In this document: in pieces, positions 39,589-50,610 of the stretch
Layout of the letters: each line of letters starts with the position of its first letter
Position numbering within the stretch: the stretch's first letter is position 1
DNA from: a bacterium
GTDB lineage: Bacteria > J088 > JAWLBW01
Reading direction: 5' to 3'
DNA: 51,553 bases
Assembly: GCA_041690355.1 (NCBI GenBank)
Contig: JAWLHK010000004.1
Location: 248,001 to 299,553, forward strand
Program-made: the position numbers and the translations under genes
Notes under the pieces: generated by a model
The model's input: only the letters and a program-made list of their open reading frames with translations
What the model was told of the DNA's origin: nothing
Databases searched by the model: none

Positions 39589-41607
39589 ATGAAACGGTAT
39601 GCCATCGCTCTGACCCTGCTGACCCTCGGCGCCTGCTCGACTTCGCCGGCCGACGATCGCGCGGCCGACGGAACCTGCGCGTGGAGCGTCGAACCGCTGC
39701 TCACCGCCTCCGATGCCGCCGCCGCGCAGCTCGCCCCGGCCTCCCCCTTCCCCTCCGATGTCTACACCGTGTCAGCCGATACGCCCACGGGACTGCGCAA
39801 CGACGTGCGCGGCCAGGGGATTCTGTTTCAGGACAGCGTGAACGAAATGGACGGCTGGGCGCCGCACGGACCCATCCGCATCGATTTCAGCGGAACCGTC
39901 ACGACCGCAAGCCTCCCGATGACCGTCACGGCGAGCACCGCGGCCGAGGCTTCGATCCAGCTCGTGCGCCTGGGCGGAACCCCGGAACGGGTCCCCTTCC
40001 GCCTGAAGTTGGGCGACGATGCGAAGCGCGTCTACCTGTTCCCCTTCCGGCCCCTGCTCGAGCAGACCCGTTACGCCATAGTCGTGCGGAACACGATTCG
40101 TCCCGACATGGCCGACTGCTTCGGGCGCAACCGGACCTTCGCGAACATCCTCGCCGGCGGCGAACCGGAGGACTTCCCGGGACACGTGCCGGCGCGCATC
40201 CGCGAAACGATGGCGCGACTGGAAGAGGCCGCCGCCGCGCTCGAGCTCGATCCGGGGACGATCGCATTGGCGGTTCCCTACACGACCCAGTCGGTCACGC
40301 GAACGCTGGTGGAGCGGTACGGCATGGTAACGCAGGCGCCCATCGATCCGTACGCCCTGTTCGCCACCTACGCGGTGGAGAACAATGGTTCGCTGAATCC
40401 GGCCCTCGATGCCCGCTTTCCCGATCTTCCCCAGGATCTCGAGTTCGGCATCGACGTCACCATCGGCAACGTGGGCCACATGGTCATCGGCCGTTTCAAC
40501 AGCGCGAACTTCATGGAGAACGACCTGCTCTCGCCTTCGGTGCGGGGGCGGGAATCGCTCGAGTTTCTGATGACCATCCCGCGGCTCGACCGCGTGCGCC
40601 CCGAATACCGCGCCGCCTTGGGCGATCCGGTCCGCTTTCCCGTCGTCATCTTCGGCCACGGCCTGACGGCGTGCAAGGAGACGCTGCTCGGCGTCGCGCA
40701 CATCTTCTCGGAATACGGCATCGCGCTCGCCGGCATCGACGTCGTCGAGCACGGCACGCGCATCACAGTCTCGAACGACAGCTGCGGCAGCAGCATCGCC
40801 GAGGGGCTGCGCCTGATCCGCTTCGGTAACCCGGCGAGCGGGCGCGCCCAGTTTCACCAGACCGTGCTCGATGAAGTGCAGCTCGTGCACATGCTCGTCT
40901 CGAACGCCGGCCGCAATTACCTCGACGGGGTCACCACAGCGCCCGGAACGCTGCAGGTCGACACGTTCGGGTACATCGGGCAGTCGCTCGGCGGCATCCT
41001 CGGGACCCTGCTGACGACCATCGAACCGCGCATCGGCACGAGCGTGCTGAACGTGCCCGGCGGCGGCCTGCTCGATTATGCCGCGCTGCTCGACGAGGGA
41101 ACCTACAAGCCGTTCGATCTGGACGTGCCCGGCCGCTTTCTCTACGAAAGCATGGCGGGGCTCCAGACGATCTTCGGGCCTTCGGACCCGCTTTACTTCG
41201 CACCCTATCTGGCCCGCGAAAAGGCGGCCGGACTCGAGGATTCGGCGGCCAAGAACGTCCTCGTACAGCAGTCGATGGACGACGGCATCATCCCCGCGTA
41301 CCTGACCGAAAATCTGGCGCGCGCCATCGGGGCCGTGCAGGTAACGCCCGCGCACCAGCCGGTGGAACAGGTGGAGATCGTCGAGCCTCCCTATCGCGGA
41401 ACCGAGGTGACGCTGGCCCTGCAGCAGTACGTCATGCCGGACAAGAACATCACGGGGGGCAAGGACTGGGATCCGCACTATGCCCTGATTCTCGCCAACG
41501 ACCCGAAGGTCTGGATGGCCGAGCAGGAGCAGGCGGCGCACTTTCTCCGGACGGGGATCTTCGAGGGGACGGCAGAGGTCATTGACGGGTACACGCGGGT
41601 TCCGTAA
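39589..41607 (+). CDS. Lipoprotein alpha/beta-hydrolase (lipase-like)
   Basis: GGAGG RBS; lipobox LGAC; PFPSD, VVIFGHGL, GIDVVEHG, nucleophile elbow GQSLGG, PGGG, late D and H candidates. Confidence 0.85.
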   Translation: MKRYAIALTLLTLGACSTSPADDRAADGTCAWSVEPLLTASDAAAAQLAPASPFPSDVYTVSADTPTGLRNDVRGQGILFQDSVNEMDGWAPHGPIRIDFSGTVTTASLPMTVTASTAAEASIQLVRLGGTPERVPFRLKLGDDAKRVYLFPFRPLLEQTRYAIVVRNTIRPDMADCFGRNRTFANILAGGEPEDFPGHVPARIRETMARLEEAAAALELDPGTIALAVPYTTQSVTRTLVERYGMVTQAPIDPYALFATYAVENNGSLNPALDARFPDLPQDLEFGIDVTIGNVGHMVIGRFNSANFMENDLLSPSVRGRESLEFLMTIPRLDRVRPEYRAALGDPVRFPVVIFGHGLTACKETLLGVAHIFSEYGIALAGIDVVEHGTRITVSNDSCGSSIAEGLRLIRFGNPASGRAQFHQTVLDEVQLVHMLVSNAGRNYLDGVTTAPGTLQVDTFGYIGQSLGGILGTLLTTIEPRIGTSVLNVPGGGLLDYAALLDEGTYKPFDLDVPGRFLYESMAGLQTIFGPSDPLYFAPYLAREKAAGLEDSAAKNVLVQQSMDDGIIPAYLTENLARAIGAVQVTPAHQPVEQVEIVEPPYRGTEVTLALQQYVMPDKNITGGKDWDPHYALILANDPKVWMAEQEQAAHFLRTGIFEGTAEVIDGYTRVP

Positions 41608-41723
41608 GCGGGCGCCGGCGTAGCTCGTAGCTGGACGCTGGTCGCTGGTTTCGGAAACCGGCGGAACGAAAAAACCTGAAACCGCGGAACTGAAGTTCGG
41701 CCGCCCCTCCTGTACAATGGTGC

Positions 41724-42095
41724 ATGGGTGACGGTCCCTCGTCACCAGAGAAGGGGTTTGCCTTGGCCTGGCTTTTTTTCGCTGCGTCGGTCCTGTTCGT
41801 GCTCGGCGCCATTCTGACACGGTCGGCTTCGCGCCGGTGGAACCGCGCCGCCTGGGAGTACGCGATGGAGCATCATCGCGACCGCCTGCAATCCGAGTTC
41901 CCCTCCAGCGGCCCCGACGACCGCAACTTTGCCGCTTTCATCCGTTCGCCGAGTGACTTCGGCGATCCCGAACTGGAACGCCTGCGCCTGCGGGCCCTCA
42001 AGGCCTCGCGCAACAGCATGCGTCCGCTCATCGCGCTGCTCATGCTGTTCGTCGTCGTCTACGTCGTGACGGCGATTCTGGCGCTGCTGAAATAG
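41724..42095 (+). CDS. Hypothetical two-helix membrane protein
   Basis: Hydrophobic N- and C-terminal segments; TACAAT 5 nt before the ATG. Confidence 0.6.
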   Translation: MGDGPSSPEKGFALAWLFFAASVLFVLGAILTRSASRRWNRAAWEYAMEHHRDRLQSEFPSSGPDDRNFAAFIRSPSDFGDPELERLRLRALKASRNSMRPLIALLMLFVVVYVVTAILALLK

Positions 42096-42244
42096 GCCGC
42101 CCGGGCCACCACTTCCCCTCCGCCTTCCCGCGGAGACCCTCCTCCCCCAGCGAGGAGGAGGGTGCACCATTTGGATACTTCGTCCTTGCTTCCGTTCTCG
42201 TTTCTCAGGAATCAAGAATCAGGAATCAGGAATCCAGATCGGCG

Positions 42245-43621
42245 TCAGCCGATCTTGGGCAGGGCCGCGAGCGATTTCTCGACTTCCTCGGCCGGATACT
42301 CGTAGTCCTCAAGCTTGCCGCTGCGGTACTGCTCGTACGCCGAAAGATCGAAGTGGCCGTGGCCCGAGAGGTTGAAGACGATGACCTTCGCTTCGCCGCT
42401 CTCTTTCGCCGCCAGCGCCTCCTGCATGGCGCCCCAGACCGCATGGGCGCTTTCGGGGGCCGGCAGAATCCCCTCGGCCCGCGTGAAGCTCTCGGCCGCG
42501 CCGAAGGCCGCCCGCTGCTTCACCGCCTGGGCTTCCATCAAGCCGCCGCTGTAGGCCGCCGACACCAGGGCGGCCATGCCGTGATAGCGCAGGCCGCCGG
42601 CGTGAATCGGCGCGGGCAGAAAGTTGTGGCCGAGCGTGTACATCTTCATGAGCGGCGTGAGCTGCGCCGTGTCGCCGAAGTCATACATGTACTTGCCGCG
42701 GGTGAGGCTCGGCGCCGCTGCCGGTTCCACCGCCACCACGCGGGTCTTCTTGCGCTTGCCCGCGATGTTCTCACGGATGAAGGGGAAGGCGATGCCCGCG
42801 AAGTTGCTGCCGCCGCCGGCGCAGCCGACGACCGTGTCGGGCCAGTCTTCGCCCGCCAGCTCGAGCTGCTTGATGACCTCCTGGCCGATGATCGTCTGGT
42901 GCAGGCAGACGTGGTTGAGCACGCTGCCGAGGGCGTACTTCGTATCCTCGCGCGTGGCGGCGTCTTCGACGGCTTCGCTGATGGCGATGCCGAGCGAGCC
43001 GGTGCTGTCGGGATTTTCGGCCAGGATGCGGCGGCCGGCTTCGGTATCGCGGCTGGGGCTGGGGACGACGGTCGCGCCCCACGTTTCCATGAGAATGCGC
43101 CGATAGGGTTTCTGCTCGTAGCTCACCTTGACCATGTAGACCTTGCATTCGATGCCGAAGTGCTGGGCGGCGAAGCTCAACGAGCTGCCCCACTGGCCGG
43201 CGCCGGTTTCGGTGGCGATACGCTTCACCCCTTCCTGCGCATTGTAGTAGACCTGCGGGACGGCCGTGTTCGGCTTGTGGCTCCCCGCATAGCTCACGCC
43301 TTCGTACTTGTAATAGATGCGGGCCGGGGTTCCGAGCGCCTTCTCCCACTGGTGCGCGCGGATCAGCGGCGACGGGCGCCACAGCCGGTAGAGTTCCTGC
43401 ACGGGCTCGGGAATCTCGACGTAGCGCTCGCCCGTCACTTCCTGCTCGATGAGGGCCATGGGGAACAGGGGGGCGAGATCGGCCGGACCGATCGGCTGCC
43501 CGGTTCCCGGGTGCATGACGGGGGGCAGCTCGACGCCTGCGGCCGGCAGATCGGCGGCCAGGTTGTACCAGTGGGTCGGAGCGTCTTTTTCCGGAAGCAG
43601 AATCTTCGTTTCCTTGGGCAT
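42245..43621 (-). CDS. trpB2: TrpB2 tryptophan synthase beta chain-like PLP enzyme
   Basis: [62 protein letters not shown]. Confidence 0.95.
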   Translation of the reverse strand: MPKETKILLPEKDAPTHWYNLAADLPAAGVELPPVMHPGTGQPIGPADLAPLFPMALIEQEVTGERYVEIPEPVQELYRLWRPSPLIRAHQWEKALGTPARIYYKYEGVSYAGSHKPNTAVPQVYYNAQEGVKRIATETGAGQWGSSLSFAAQHFGIECKVYMVKVSYEQKPYRRILMETWGATVVPSPSRDTEAGRRILAENPDSTGSLGIAISEAVEDAATREDTKYALGSVLNHVCLHQTIIGQEVIKQLELAGEDWPDTVVGCAGGGSNFAGIAFPFIRENIAGKRKKTRVVAVEPAAAPSLTRGKYMYDFGDTAQLTPLMKMYTLGHNFLPAPIHAGGLRYHGMAALVSAAYSGGLMEAQAVKQRAAFGAAESFTRAEGILPAPESAHAVWGAMQEALAAKESGEAKVIVFNLSGHGHFDLSAYEQYRSGKLEDYEYPAEEVEKSLAALPKIG

Positions 43622-43755
43622 GGGATCTCCGTGTTTAGAGGGGCGCCCGCGGCGCGCAGACATGGCATTCACCTTACCGGCACTCAAACGGCCTCTGCAA
43701 CCCCGTGAGGGGGCGTGATAAACTGATGGAATCCTCCTCTTACCCGCGTGACCGC

Positions 43756-44943
43756 ATGCTACCGCCGTTCTCTCAGCGCGTCGAAGGGCTGCAAAGCTCT
43801 GCCATCCGCGAAATCCTGCGCGTGGTGAATCGCGCCGACATCATTTCGTTTGCCGGCGGCCTGCCCGCACCCGAGCTCTTTCCCCTCGAGGAGCTTTCGG
43901 CCGCCGTCGAGAGCACGCTTGGCGGAAGCAAGGGGCGGCAGGCGCTGCAGTATGCCGAAACGGACGGTCATCCGGGGCTCCGGGAAGAGATCGTGCGGCG
44001 GCTCCCCTATCGCACGACGAAGTGGACGCCCGGGAACATCCTGGTCACGCAGGGTTCGCAGCAGGGGCTCGATCTGCTTGCCAAACTCTTTCTCGATCCG
44101 GGGGATGAGGTGCTGGTGGAGACCCCCGCCTATCTCGGGGCGCTCCAGGTGTTTCGCTTTTTCCGCGCGAAAGTTACCTTTCTCCCGAGCGACGAACAAG
44201 GGATTCTCCCCGACGCCCTGCGCGAGGCGCTCGCGCGCAGACCGAAGCTGCTCTATCTGACGCCGACCTTTCAGAACCCGAGCGGTATCTGCTATCCCGA
44301 GAAGCGACGCGAAGAGATCCGCGCCGTGCTTCAGGATGCGCCGGTTCTCGTGATCGAAGACGATCCGTACCGCGAGCTCTGGTATGACGCCCCGCCGCCG
44401 CTGCCGCTCACCGACGGGCTGGGCATGGAGAACGTCGTCTACCTCGGCAGCTTCTCGAAGACGGCCGCCCCGGGTCTGCGCGTCGGTTATCTGGTCGGCT
44501 CGCCGGAGATCGTGAAACGGAGCATCCAGGTGAAGCAGGCGACCGATCTGCAGACGAACACGCTCGGCCAGCACGTACTTGACGCGCTCCTGCGATCGGA
44601 GGCCTTCGATCGCCACCTCGATCGCCTCCGGTCAGAATACCGGTTGCGCCGCGATGCCCTCGATTCGGCGCTGCGCGAGCGGCTCGGTGAGGCGCTCGCG
44701 TGGAATCGGCCCGAGGGGGGCATGTTTCTCTGGACGCGCTTGTCGCGCGGAGGCGCGGCGGCTGATCTGCTCCCCCTCGCGCTCGCCGAGGGGCTTGCGT
44801 TCGTCTCCGGCGCCGAATTCCACGCGAAGGGCGAGGGTCAGGATACGATCCGCCTCAACTTCACGCATGCGGCTCCCGATACGCTCCGTGAAGGGGTCCG
44901 GCGGCTCGCGGCGGCCGTAGACCGGTTCGGCGTCGCCAAGTAA
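43756..44943 (+). CDS. PLP-dependent class I aminotransferase (LysN/MocR-type)
   Basis: [59 protein letters not shown]. Alternative ATG at 43726. Confidence 0.92.
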   Translation: MLPPFSQRVEGLQSSAIREILRVVNRADIISFAGGLPAPELFPLEELSAAVESTLGGSKGRQALQYAETDGHPGLREEIVRRLPYRTTKWTPGNILVTQGSQQGLDLLAKLFLDPGDEVLVETPAYLGALQVFRFFRAKVTFLPSDEQGILPDALREALARRPKLLYLTPTFQNPSGICYPEKRREEIRAVLQDAPVLVIEDDPYRELWYDAPPPLPLTDGLGMENVVYLGSFSKTAAPGLRVGYLVGSPEIVKRSIQVKQATDLQTNTLGQHVLDALLRSEAFDRHLDRLRSEYRLRRDALDSALRERLGEALAWNRPEGGMFLWTRLSRGGAAADLLPLALAEGLAFVSGAEFHAKGEGQDTIRLNFTHAAPDTLREGVRRLAAAVDRFGVAK

Positions 44944-45013
44944 GCCGCATCGGAACGGCCGCTTTCGGTCTTTCCGATTTGTACCCCTGCGCCCGGGGCG
45001 ATATGATGGAGCC

Positions 45014-47764
45014 ATGCATAAGTGGCTTCTTTCGGGGCTTTTCCTCGGCCTGTCCCTGACGTTTCCCGGCGCTTCGCATGCGGGCTTCCCGGCCGAGAGC
45101 GGCTGGGAACCGGTATTGCTGCGCGGTGATCCGCTCGCCGATCCGCTCGGCGATTCGAATTCCTCCCGCGACATCGTGGGCGACGCTTCGGCGCCGGCCG
45201 CGTACGTTTACCGCGACGCCACCGGACTCTCGCTGCGCATGCGGCTCGACGACAGCCCGCTCGCCGGCAACGGCTATGCGCCCTTCAGCTGGGGGGTCGC
45301 GCTGGAGTATGACGGCGGCGCCGGCGGTTACGAGGCCATCGTCTGGCTCACCGGTATCTCCACGGATACGCTGCGGGTCTACGCGAACAGCACGACCGGC
45401 ACGAACGGTCCCTGCGACACAGCCGAAGTGGCGGTCGCCGCCGCGGTCGCCGCTCCGCCCGGGACGCAGGCGCGCGTGGTGAACGCGGGGAGCAGCTTCG
45501 GCGGCGATCCGGACTTCTTTCTCGATCTGTTCGTTCCGCAGAGCTGGCTCGACAGCCTCCCGGGCGGTATTCCGCCGGCGGGTGGGACGCAGTTCATCTT
45601 CGGCACCTCGAACAGCGCGCAGCCTTCGCTGGCGGCAGACATCGCGGGTTCGTCCACGAACGCGTGCGACCTCGCCGCCTACCTCGAGGTGCTCAGCGAT
45701 CCGCCCCCGCCGGACGGCTCGTCACCGACCCCCATGGATACAGACGGCGACGGCATGCCCGATTACTGGGAGAACCAATGGAGCTTCGACCCGAATGATC
45801 CGGGCGACGCGGCTCAGGATGCCGATGGCGACGGCATCTCGAACCTGGATGAATACCTGAACGGAACCAACCCGCGCGACGCAGACTCGGACGACGACGG
45901 GGTCGACGACGGCGCCGACAACTGCCCCTTCGCGAGTAACGCGGATCAGGCGGACCTCGACGAAGACGGCGTCGGCGACGTCTGCGATACCGATCGTGAT
46001 GGCGACGGCGTGCCCGACGGCGAAGAAACCGGGCAGTACGGCACCGACCCGACGCTCGCGGATACCGACGGCGACGGGCTGACCGATCGGGAGGAAATCG
46101 ACGGCGGCACGGATCCGACGGATCCCGACACCGACGGCGACGGCCTCCCCGACGGCGACGAGATCGACCACGGCCTGGATCCGCTGAATCCAGACACCGA
46201 CGGCGATGGGCTCCCCGACGGTGAGGAGGTCGAGGGCGGCTTCGATCCGCTCGAGCGCGACACCGACGGCGACGGCCTCGAAGACGGGTCAGACAACTGC
46301 CCCGGCGTGCGCAACGCGGATCAGTGGGACTACGACGGCGACGGCACCGGTGATGCCTGCGAGCCGGCCGATCAGCCGTCGCTGGCCGGCGGGGCCCTCG
46401 GCTGCAGTTCCGCATCGGCGCTTGCGCCCGCGCTGCTGCTGCTGCCCGCCTGGCTGCTGCTGCGGCGGCGGCGCCGATGGGCGGCGGAAACGGCGGCGCT
46501 CTTTTTTTTTCTGATCCTGCTGACGCCGCACGCGGCGGGGGCGGTCTCGACCGAACGGTATGCGATCACGCCGTCACCGACGGGGTGGAACAGCGTCGAG
46601 CAGTTTGACGTCGTCAGCCCCTGGAGCACGTCGGCGGGCTTCTTTCTGGATTTCGGGAAGGATCCGGTCGCCTTCCGCCAGGACGGCGAAATCACGCGCC
46701 GGGTCGTGAGCGGGCGGCTCTCGGGAACCCTGGTGGGCAACCTCGGCCTCATCCGCCGATTCGAGCTGGGCGTCGCCGTTCCCACCGTGCTCTACCAGAC
46801 GGGCGAAGGGGTGCAGCCGGGGCGCACCGCCGAGCCCGTCGCTTTTTCGCTGGGGAATATCCGGCTGAATCCCCGCATCGCCCTGATCCGTGCGGGCGAC
46901 CTCCCCGGCGACTGGGGGCTCACCCTGGTGCCGACCGTTGCGTTTCCGACCGCGAAGACCGGGGCGTTCGCCGGCGAAGACGGCTATGCGGTGCTTCCGA
47001 AGCTGGTCGCGGGGACGCGTCTCGGCGTGTGGAGTCTGGGCGTGAACCTCGGCGCGGCGTTCCGCCCCGACGAGACGCTGGCCAGCGCCAGCGTCGGCGA
47101 TGCGCTCACGTACGGCGCGGCCGTCGGCTGGGCCTCGCCATCGGTCGCGGGTCTGACATGGACGGCCGAGCTGATTGGCGAGACCGGCCTCGCGGCCCCC
47201 TTTTCCGATCTGGCCGCGAACCCCCTCGAACTCGACGCCGGGTTTCTCTACGAGGTTCTCCCCTCCTGGACGATCTCGGCCGTGGCCGGTCCCGGCCTGA
47301 GCCCGGGCATCGGAAGCCCCGTCTTTCGCGTCGTGGCCGGCGTGCGCTGGACCCCCGCCGACGTCGCGGGGCCCTTTGCGGGAGGTGACGAGGCCGAGGG
47401 AGCACGCGCGTCGATTCGCGGCAATCGCATCGAGATCACCGAGAACATCGTCTTCCAGTCGGGGCAGTCGGTCATCCTCGCGTCGTCCTACGAAGTGCTC
47501 GACGCGGTGGCCAAGGTCCTGCGCGACAATCCGGAGCTGCGCGTGCGCATCGTGGGGCACACCGACGATGTGGGAACCGCGGCTTTCAACCAGGCTCTTT
47601 CAGAGGAGCGGGCGGGATCGGTGCGGGCCTACCTCGCGGAGCGGGGCGTCGCTCGCGGGCGCATGATCGCCGAAGGACGCGGCCAGAGCCAGCCCATCGC
47701 CTCGAACCGCACTGAAGAGGGGCGCGCGCTCAACCGGCGCGTCGAGTTCCACCTGATCCGCTGA
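45014..47764 (+). CDS. Secreted TSP3-repeat protein with internal MYXO-CTERM-like tag, barrel-like region and OmpA C-terminal domain
   Basis: Signal peptide; DTDGDG and DNCP repeats; GGALGCSS...LLLRRRRR; second signal-like segment; GHTD...LSEERA...NRRVEF. Confidence 0.88.
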   Translation: MHKWLLSGLFLGLSLTFPGASHAGFPAESGWEPVLLRGDPLADPLGDSNSSRDIVGDASAPAAYVYRDATGLSLRMRLDDSPLAGNGYAPFSWGVALEYDGGAGGYEAIVWLTGISTDTLRVYANSTTGTNGPCDTAEVAVAAAVAAPPGTQARVVNAGSSFGGDPDFFLDLFVPQSWLDSLPGGIPPAGGTQFIFGTSNSAQPSLAADIAGSSTNACDLAAYLEVLSDPPPPDGSSPTPMDTDGDGMPDYWENQWSFDPNDPGDAAQDADGDGISNLDEYLNGTNPRDADSDDDGVDDGADNCPFASNADQADLDEDGVGDVCDTDRDGDGVPDGEETGQYGTDPTLADTDGDGLTDREEIDGGTDPTDPDTDGDGLPDGDEIDHGLDPLNPDTDGDGLPDGEEVEGGFDPLERDTDGDGLEDGSDNCPGVRNADQWDYDGDGTGDACEPADQPSLAGGALGCSSASALAPALLLLPAWLLLRRRRRWAAETAALFFFLILLTPHAAGAVSTERYAITPSPTGWNSVEQFDVVSPWSTSAGFFLDFGKDPVAFRQDGEITRRVVSGRLSGTLVGNLGLIRRFELGVAVPTVLYQTGEGVQPGRTAEPVAFSLGNIRLNPRIALIRAGDLPGDWGLTLVPTVAFPTAKTGAFAGEDGYAVLPKLVAGTRLGVWSLGVNLGAAFRPDETLASASVGDALTYGAAVGWASPSVAGLTWTAELIGETGLAAPFSDLAANPLELDAGFLYEVLPSWTISAVAGPGLSPGIGSPVFRVVAGVRWTPADVAGPFAGGDEAEGARASIRGNRIEITENIVFQSGQSVILASSYEVLDAVAKVLRDNPELRVRIVGHTDDVGTAAFNQALSEERAGSVRAYLAERGVARGRMIAEGRGQSQPIASNRTEEGRALNRRVEFHLIR

Positions 47765-48526
47765 TCAGCGCCGCCAGGGGAATTCCTCTTCGGGGGGCAG
47801 CGGTGTCACCGCGGCAGAAGTTCCCGACGGCGTGCGGACGGCGGCAGCGGGGGCGTTGGTCTGCGTGGGCCCGGATGCAGGGGGCTCCACCGGTTCCGCA
47901 GAAGCCGGCCGCGCGAGAATCTCGGGAGCCGGCGCCCTGGCCGCAGCCGGATGGACCGGGGGTGGCGAACGACGTCCGCGCACGGGTTCCGAGAAGCCGC
48001 TCGCGACCAGCTGCGGCAGGCGCGCCACCAGGGCGTCCATGGCCTTCCGGTTGCGGTGGACGGCCGTAAGGGCGAGGGTCCCCTCGACGAGCCCCACGAG
48101 CAGGCTCACCTCCAAGCGCGTCGGCTGGACCAGATGGTCCAGCAGGCGTTGCTCCCAATCCTCGAAGTAGGCCGCAAGCTGCAGGGCGAAGAGCGAGCCC
48201 GGTTCGGTCTCGCCGACGAGGCGCGAGAGCGCCGGCACCCGGCGAAAACCGTCCCCCTCGAGCTGGTCGCAAAGCCACGACAGCCAGGATGCCAGCCCTT
48301 TTCCCAGGTCCCCCTGCAGGAACTGGACCATTCGGTCTAGCTGAACGGCCCCCAGGTGCATGACGGCCTCGGCGGCGAGTTGTTCCTTGCCGCCGGGGAA
48401 GTGGTGGTAGAGGGAACCCTTGGGGACTTTGGACCAGGTGAGAATCTCCTGGACCGAAGCGCCGGAGTATCCCCGGCGCAGCAGGGCGTCGGCCATGGCG
48501 GCCACGAGGCGATCACGCGTGCGCAT
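47765..48526 (-). CDS. TetR-family regulator (LmrA/YxaF-like) with Pro/Ala-rich tail
   Basis: TRDRLV..MADALLRRGYSGASVQEIL...PKGSLYHHFPGGKEQLA. Confidence 0.92.
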   Translation of the reverse strand: MRTRDRLVAAMADALLRRGYSGASVQEILTWSKVPKGSLYHHFPGGKEQLAAEAVMHLGAVQLDRMVQFLQGDLGKGLASWLSWLCDQLEGDGFRRVPALSRLVGETEPGSLFALQLAAYFEDWEQRLLDHLVQPTRLEVSLLVGLVEGTLALTAVHRNRKAMDALVARLPQLVASGFSEPVRGRRSPPPVHPAAARAPAPEILARPASAEPVEPPASGPTQTNAPAAAVRTPSGTSAAVTPLPPEEEFPWRR

Positions 48527-48540
48527 GGGAAACAGGATAC

Positions 48541-48707
48541 TAGACGGAGCGGTCTACCAGCAAGGCCTTCGGAAGGTGCCCGCCCGCCGGGCGCCGGAAA
48601 TCCAAAGGGACAAGCTTAGACCGTTTGGTCTATACGCCCGGGAAGTTCCCAGGCCGAGGGATCGGTTGTCCATCTCGGCGAATTCGCAGCGTGGACCGCT
48701 TGGTCTA
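48541..48707. promoter_or_regulatory. Three TetR-type operator palindromes
   Basis: TAGACGGAGCGGTCTA (48541), TAGACCGTTTGGTCTA (48617), TGGACCGCTTGGTCTA (48692). The first lies in the spacer of TTGCTG-N18-TATCCT. Confidence 0.8.
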
Positions 48708-49046
48708 CTCGTGCTGCAAGGATTGGCTGAAGAGCATTCCACGCGGAGGCGCGGAGCCGCGGAGAGGAAGAACATTGGAAACAGCGCGCGCTTTTCTTGC
48801 CATTGATTGCGTCCGGCGTCCGGCCACGAGTTTCTAGAGTCGAGAGTCGTCACTCGTCGGTCCATAGTCGTTCGTGTCTCGAAGGCAGGGCTTGACGCGA
48901 CGGTGAGACAGGCCCATGGGCACCAGGTGCGCCCCCTCGCTGTCGGCTTCCACTTCCGTTGCAGCCCGTCAGCTCGGGACGAACGGGGGCCCGGAGTCGA
49001 GTGTCAAGTGTCCAGCGCCCAGCGACTAGCTTCCAGCGCCCAGGCG

Positions 49047-49520
49047 CTACTCCACGCCGCGCTGCGCCCACTCGTTGCGGATGTGTCCCGGGTTGATGTC
49101 GGACATCCGCTCGGTCATTTCGCGCCCGAGTTCCTCCAGGTCGGCCAGCTCGCGCCGGACCATGGGAAACATTTCGGTTTCTTCTTCCGACACATGATGC
49201 TCTACGCTCTCGATGACCTCGGTCATGAGCCGATCGAATTCATCGTTGAGGTAGCTGAGCCCGCTCAGATGAGAGAGCAGCTCGTCGATTTCATAGTGCT
49301 CTTCGAGCGACTCCTCGATCATGCCGGCCGACTCCTTGCCCGCTTTCTTCACGGCGGGATAGAAGATCTCTTCTTCGAGTTTCGTGTGAACGATCAGCTT
49401 GTCAGAAATCTCGTTCGCAATCTGCTTGCGCTCTTCGCCCTCGGCCTTCTCGAACCTGCCGAACAGGCTGCGGACTTCATCATGCTGCTTCTGGAGAAAC
49501 GCGGTCGCTTCCTGGGCCAT
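49047..49520 (-). CDS. Hemerythrin (HHE) domain protein
   Basis: QHDEV, HTKLEEEIFYP, EEHYE, HHVSEEETEMFP; GAGG RBS. Confidence 0.92.
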   Translation of the reverse strand: MAQEATAFLQKQHDEVRSLFGRFEKAEGEERKQIANEISDKLIVHTKLEEEIFYPAVKKAGKESAGMIEESLEEHYEIDELLSHLSGLSYLNDEFDRLMTEVIESVEHHVSEEETEMFPMVRRELADLEELGREMTERMSDINPGHIRNEWAQRGVE

Positions 49521-49633
49521 GGTGCATCCTCGTGACGGAAATGGGGAATCCTTTCCGGCATTCTGGCGCGACCGCGCGCTTCCGGCGACCGCCGGAGGAC
49601 GGGGGGCGGGCACCCGCTCTGAATTCGGGCACG

Positions 49634-50158
49634 TTATTTCCGGCCGAAGCTTTTCAAAGCTGAAATAACAGCCTTCTTGCTGATACTAGGGTATCGCGCA
49701 TATGCGGCGTCGGGGATCTTGTCGACAAACGCTTCCAGCTTCAGAAGCTCTACCCAACCTGATGCAAGCATGTGGCCAACATCCAGCAGGTCACGATCAA
49801 ATCCCCGCACGATTTTGGAGAGTGCCTGCGCATAGGGATCGAAGTGAAAGAAATCCACGTTTCCGATGGTCTGGATGAAGACGTGACGCTGGTCTTCACC
49901 CGGAAGGGAGGGTACGAAATCAGTAGGCCGAACGAGCTCAATGTTCAGGTTCAGCGTTTCTTTCAGCTTCTGCACATGCCGGAAAACGGCGTCATCGTCA
50001 GCCGAAAGATTGGCATCGAGAGTGGATGTTCGCCATCCGCGCTCCGTCGCAGTCGCCCCGCCGGTCAAATAGACACGGAAGCGCCCCTTTCGGGGATCGG
50101 CTGCAGCCAACTCACGCAACAACCGCTGTAGTCTCGACGGGTCGAGTGGCTCTCTCAT
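49634..50158 (-). CDS. DUF6036-like nucleotidyltransferase-fold protein
   Basis: VYLTGGATA...WRTSTLDAN, PTDFVP, DPYAQALSKIVRGFDRDLLDV; ATGA overlap with the upstream gene. Confidence 0.78.
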   Translation of the reverse strand: MREPLDPSRLQRLLRELAAADPRKGRFRVYLTGGATATERGWRTSTLDANLSADDDAVFRHVQKLKETLNLNIELVRPTDFVPSLPGEDQRHVFIQTIGNVDFFHFDPYAQALSKIVRGFDRDLLDVGHMLASGWVELLKLEAFVDKIPDAAYARYPSISKKAVISALKSFGRK

Positions 50159-50604
50159 TTCGTTTGGGCCAACGCATCCGCAAAACTGACGGCCTGACGC
50201 AGCATGGCGCGATAACGGCTGTGCGCGAGCTCGCCCGAATCCTGCTCCATCACTTCATACAGCCTGCGGTGTGGGTCCGGTACGACCTGCCTCCAGCCAG
50301 GCGCAGCTTTGGGAACCGGCACGCCCTCGCGCCGGAGCCGCGCCGCCGCTAAATCAACGACGAGTGCTTCGGGAGACGGCGTGCCCGCAGCATAATCACG
50401 CAGCCCCTGGTCGATCAGCCGCCCCCCGGGAATTCCGAGTGACTCAAAGGTCGGTGCACCGAAGCGGACTTTCATCCAGCGCCTGACGGCCGCATCCGTA
50501 GCGATTGCCCGGCGTGCTTCGGCAGAAAGGGCACGGGCCCGGCGGCGACCTCCCTGGCGGCCTTGCTCCTGGAACCATTGACGTAGTTCTTGCGGGAGGT
50601 CCAT
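50155..50604 (-). CDS. Hypothetical partner protein with basic N-terminal motif (putative antitoxin/autorepressor)
   Basis: GRQGGRRRARALSAEARRAIATDAAVRRW then IPGGRLIDQGLRD...AARLRREG...AHSRYRAMLRQAVSF; translationally coupled to the NTase. Confidence 0.75.
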   Translation of the reverse strand: MDLPQELRQWFQEQGRQGGRRRARALSAEARRAIATDAAVRRWMKVRFGAPTFESLGIPGGRLIDQGLRDYAAGTPSPEALVVDLAAARLRREGVPVPKAAPGWRQVVPDPHRRLYEVMEQDSGELAHSRYRAMLRQAVSFADALAQTK

Positions 50605-50610
50605 GGCAGT

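Noticed and set aside
48720-49046. Small ORFs or a known ncRNA between tetR and hemerythrin
   Set aside because: Mostly short-period repeats; no RBS-supported ORF or recognisable RNA family.
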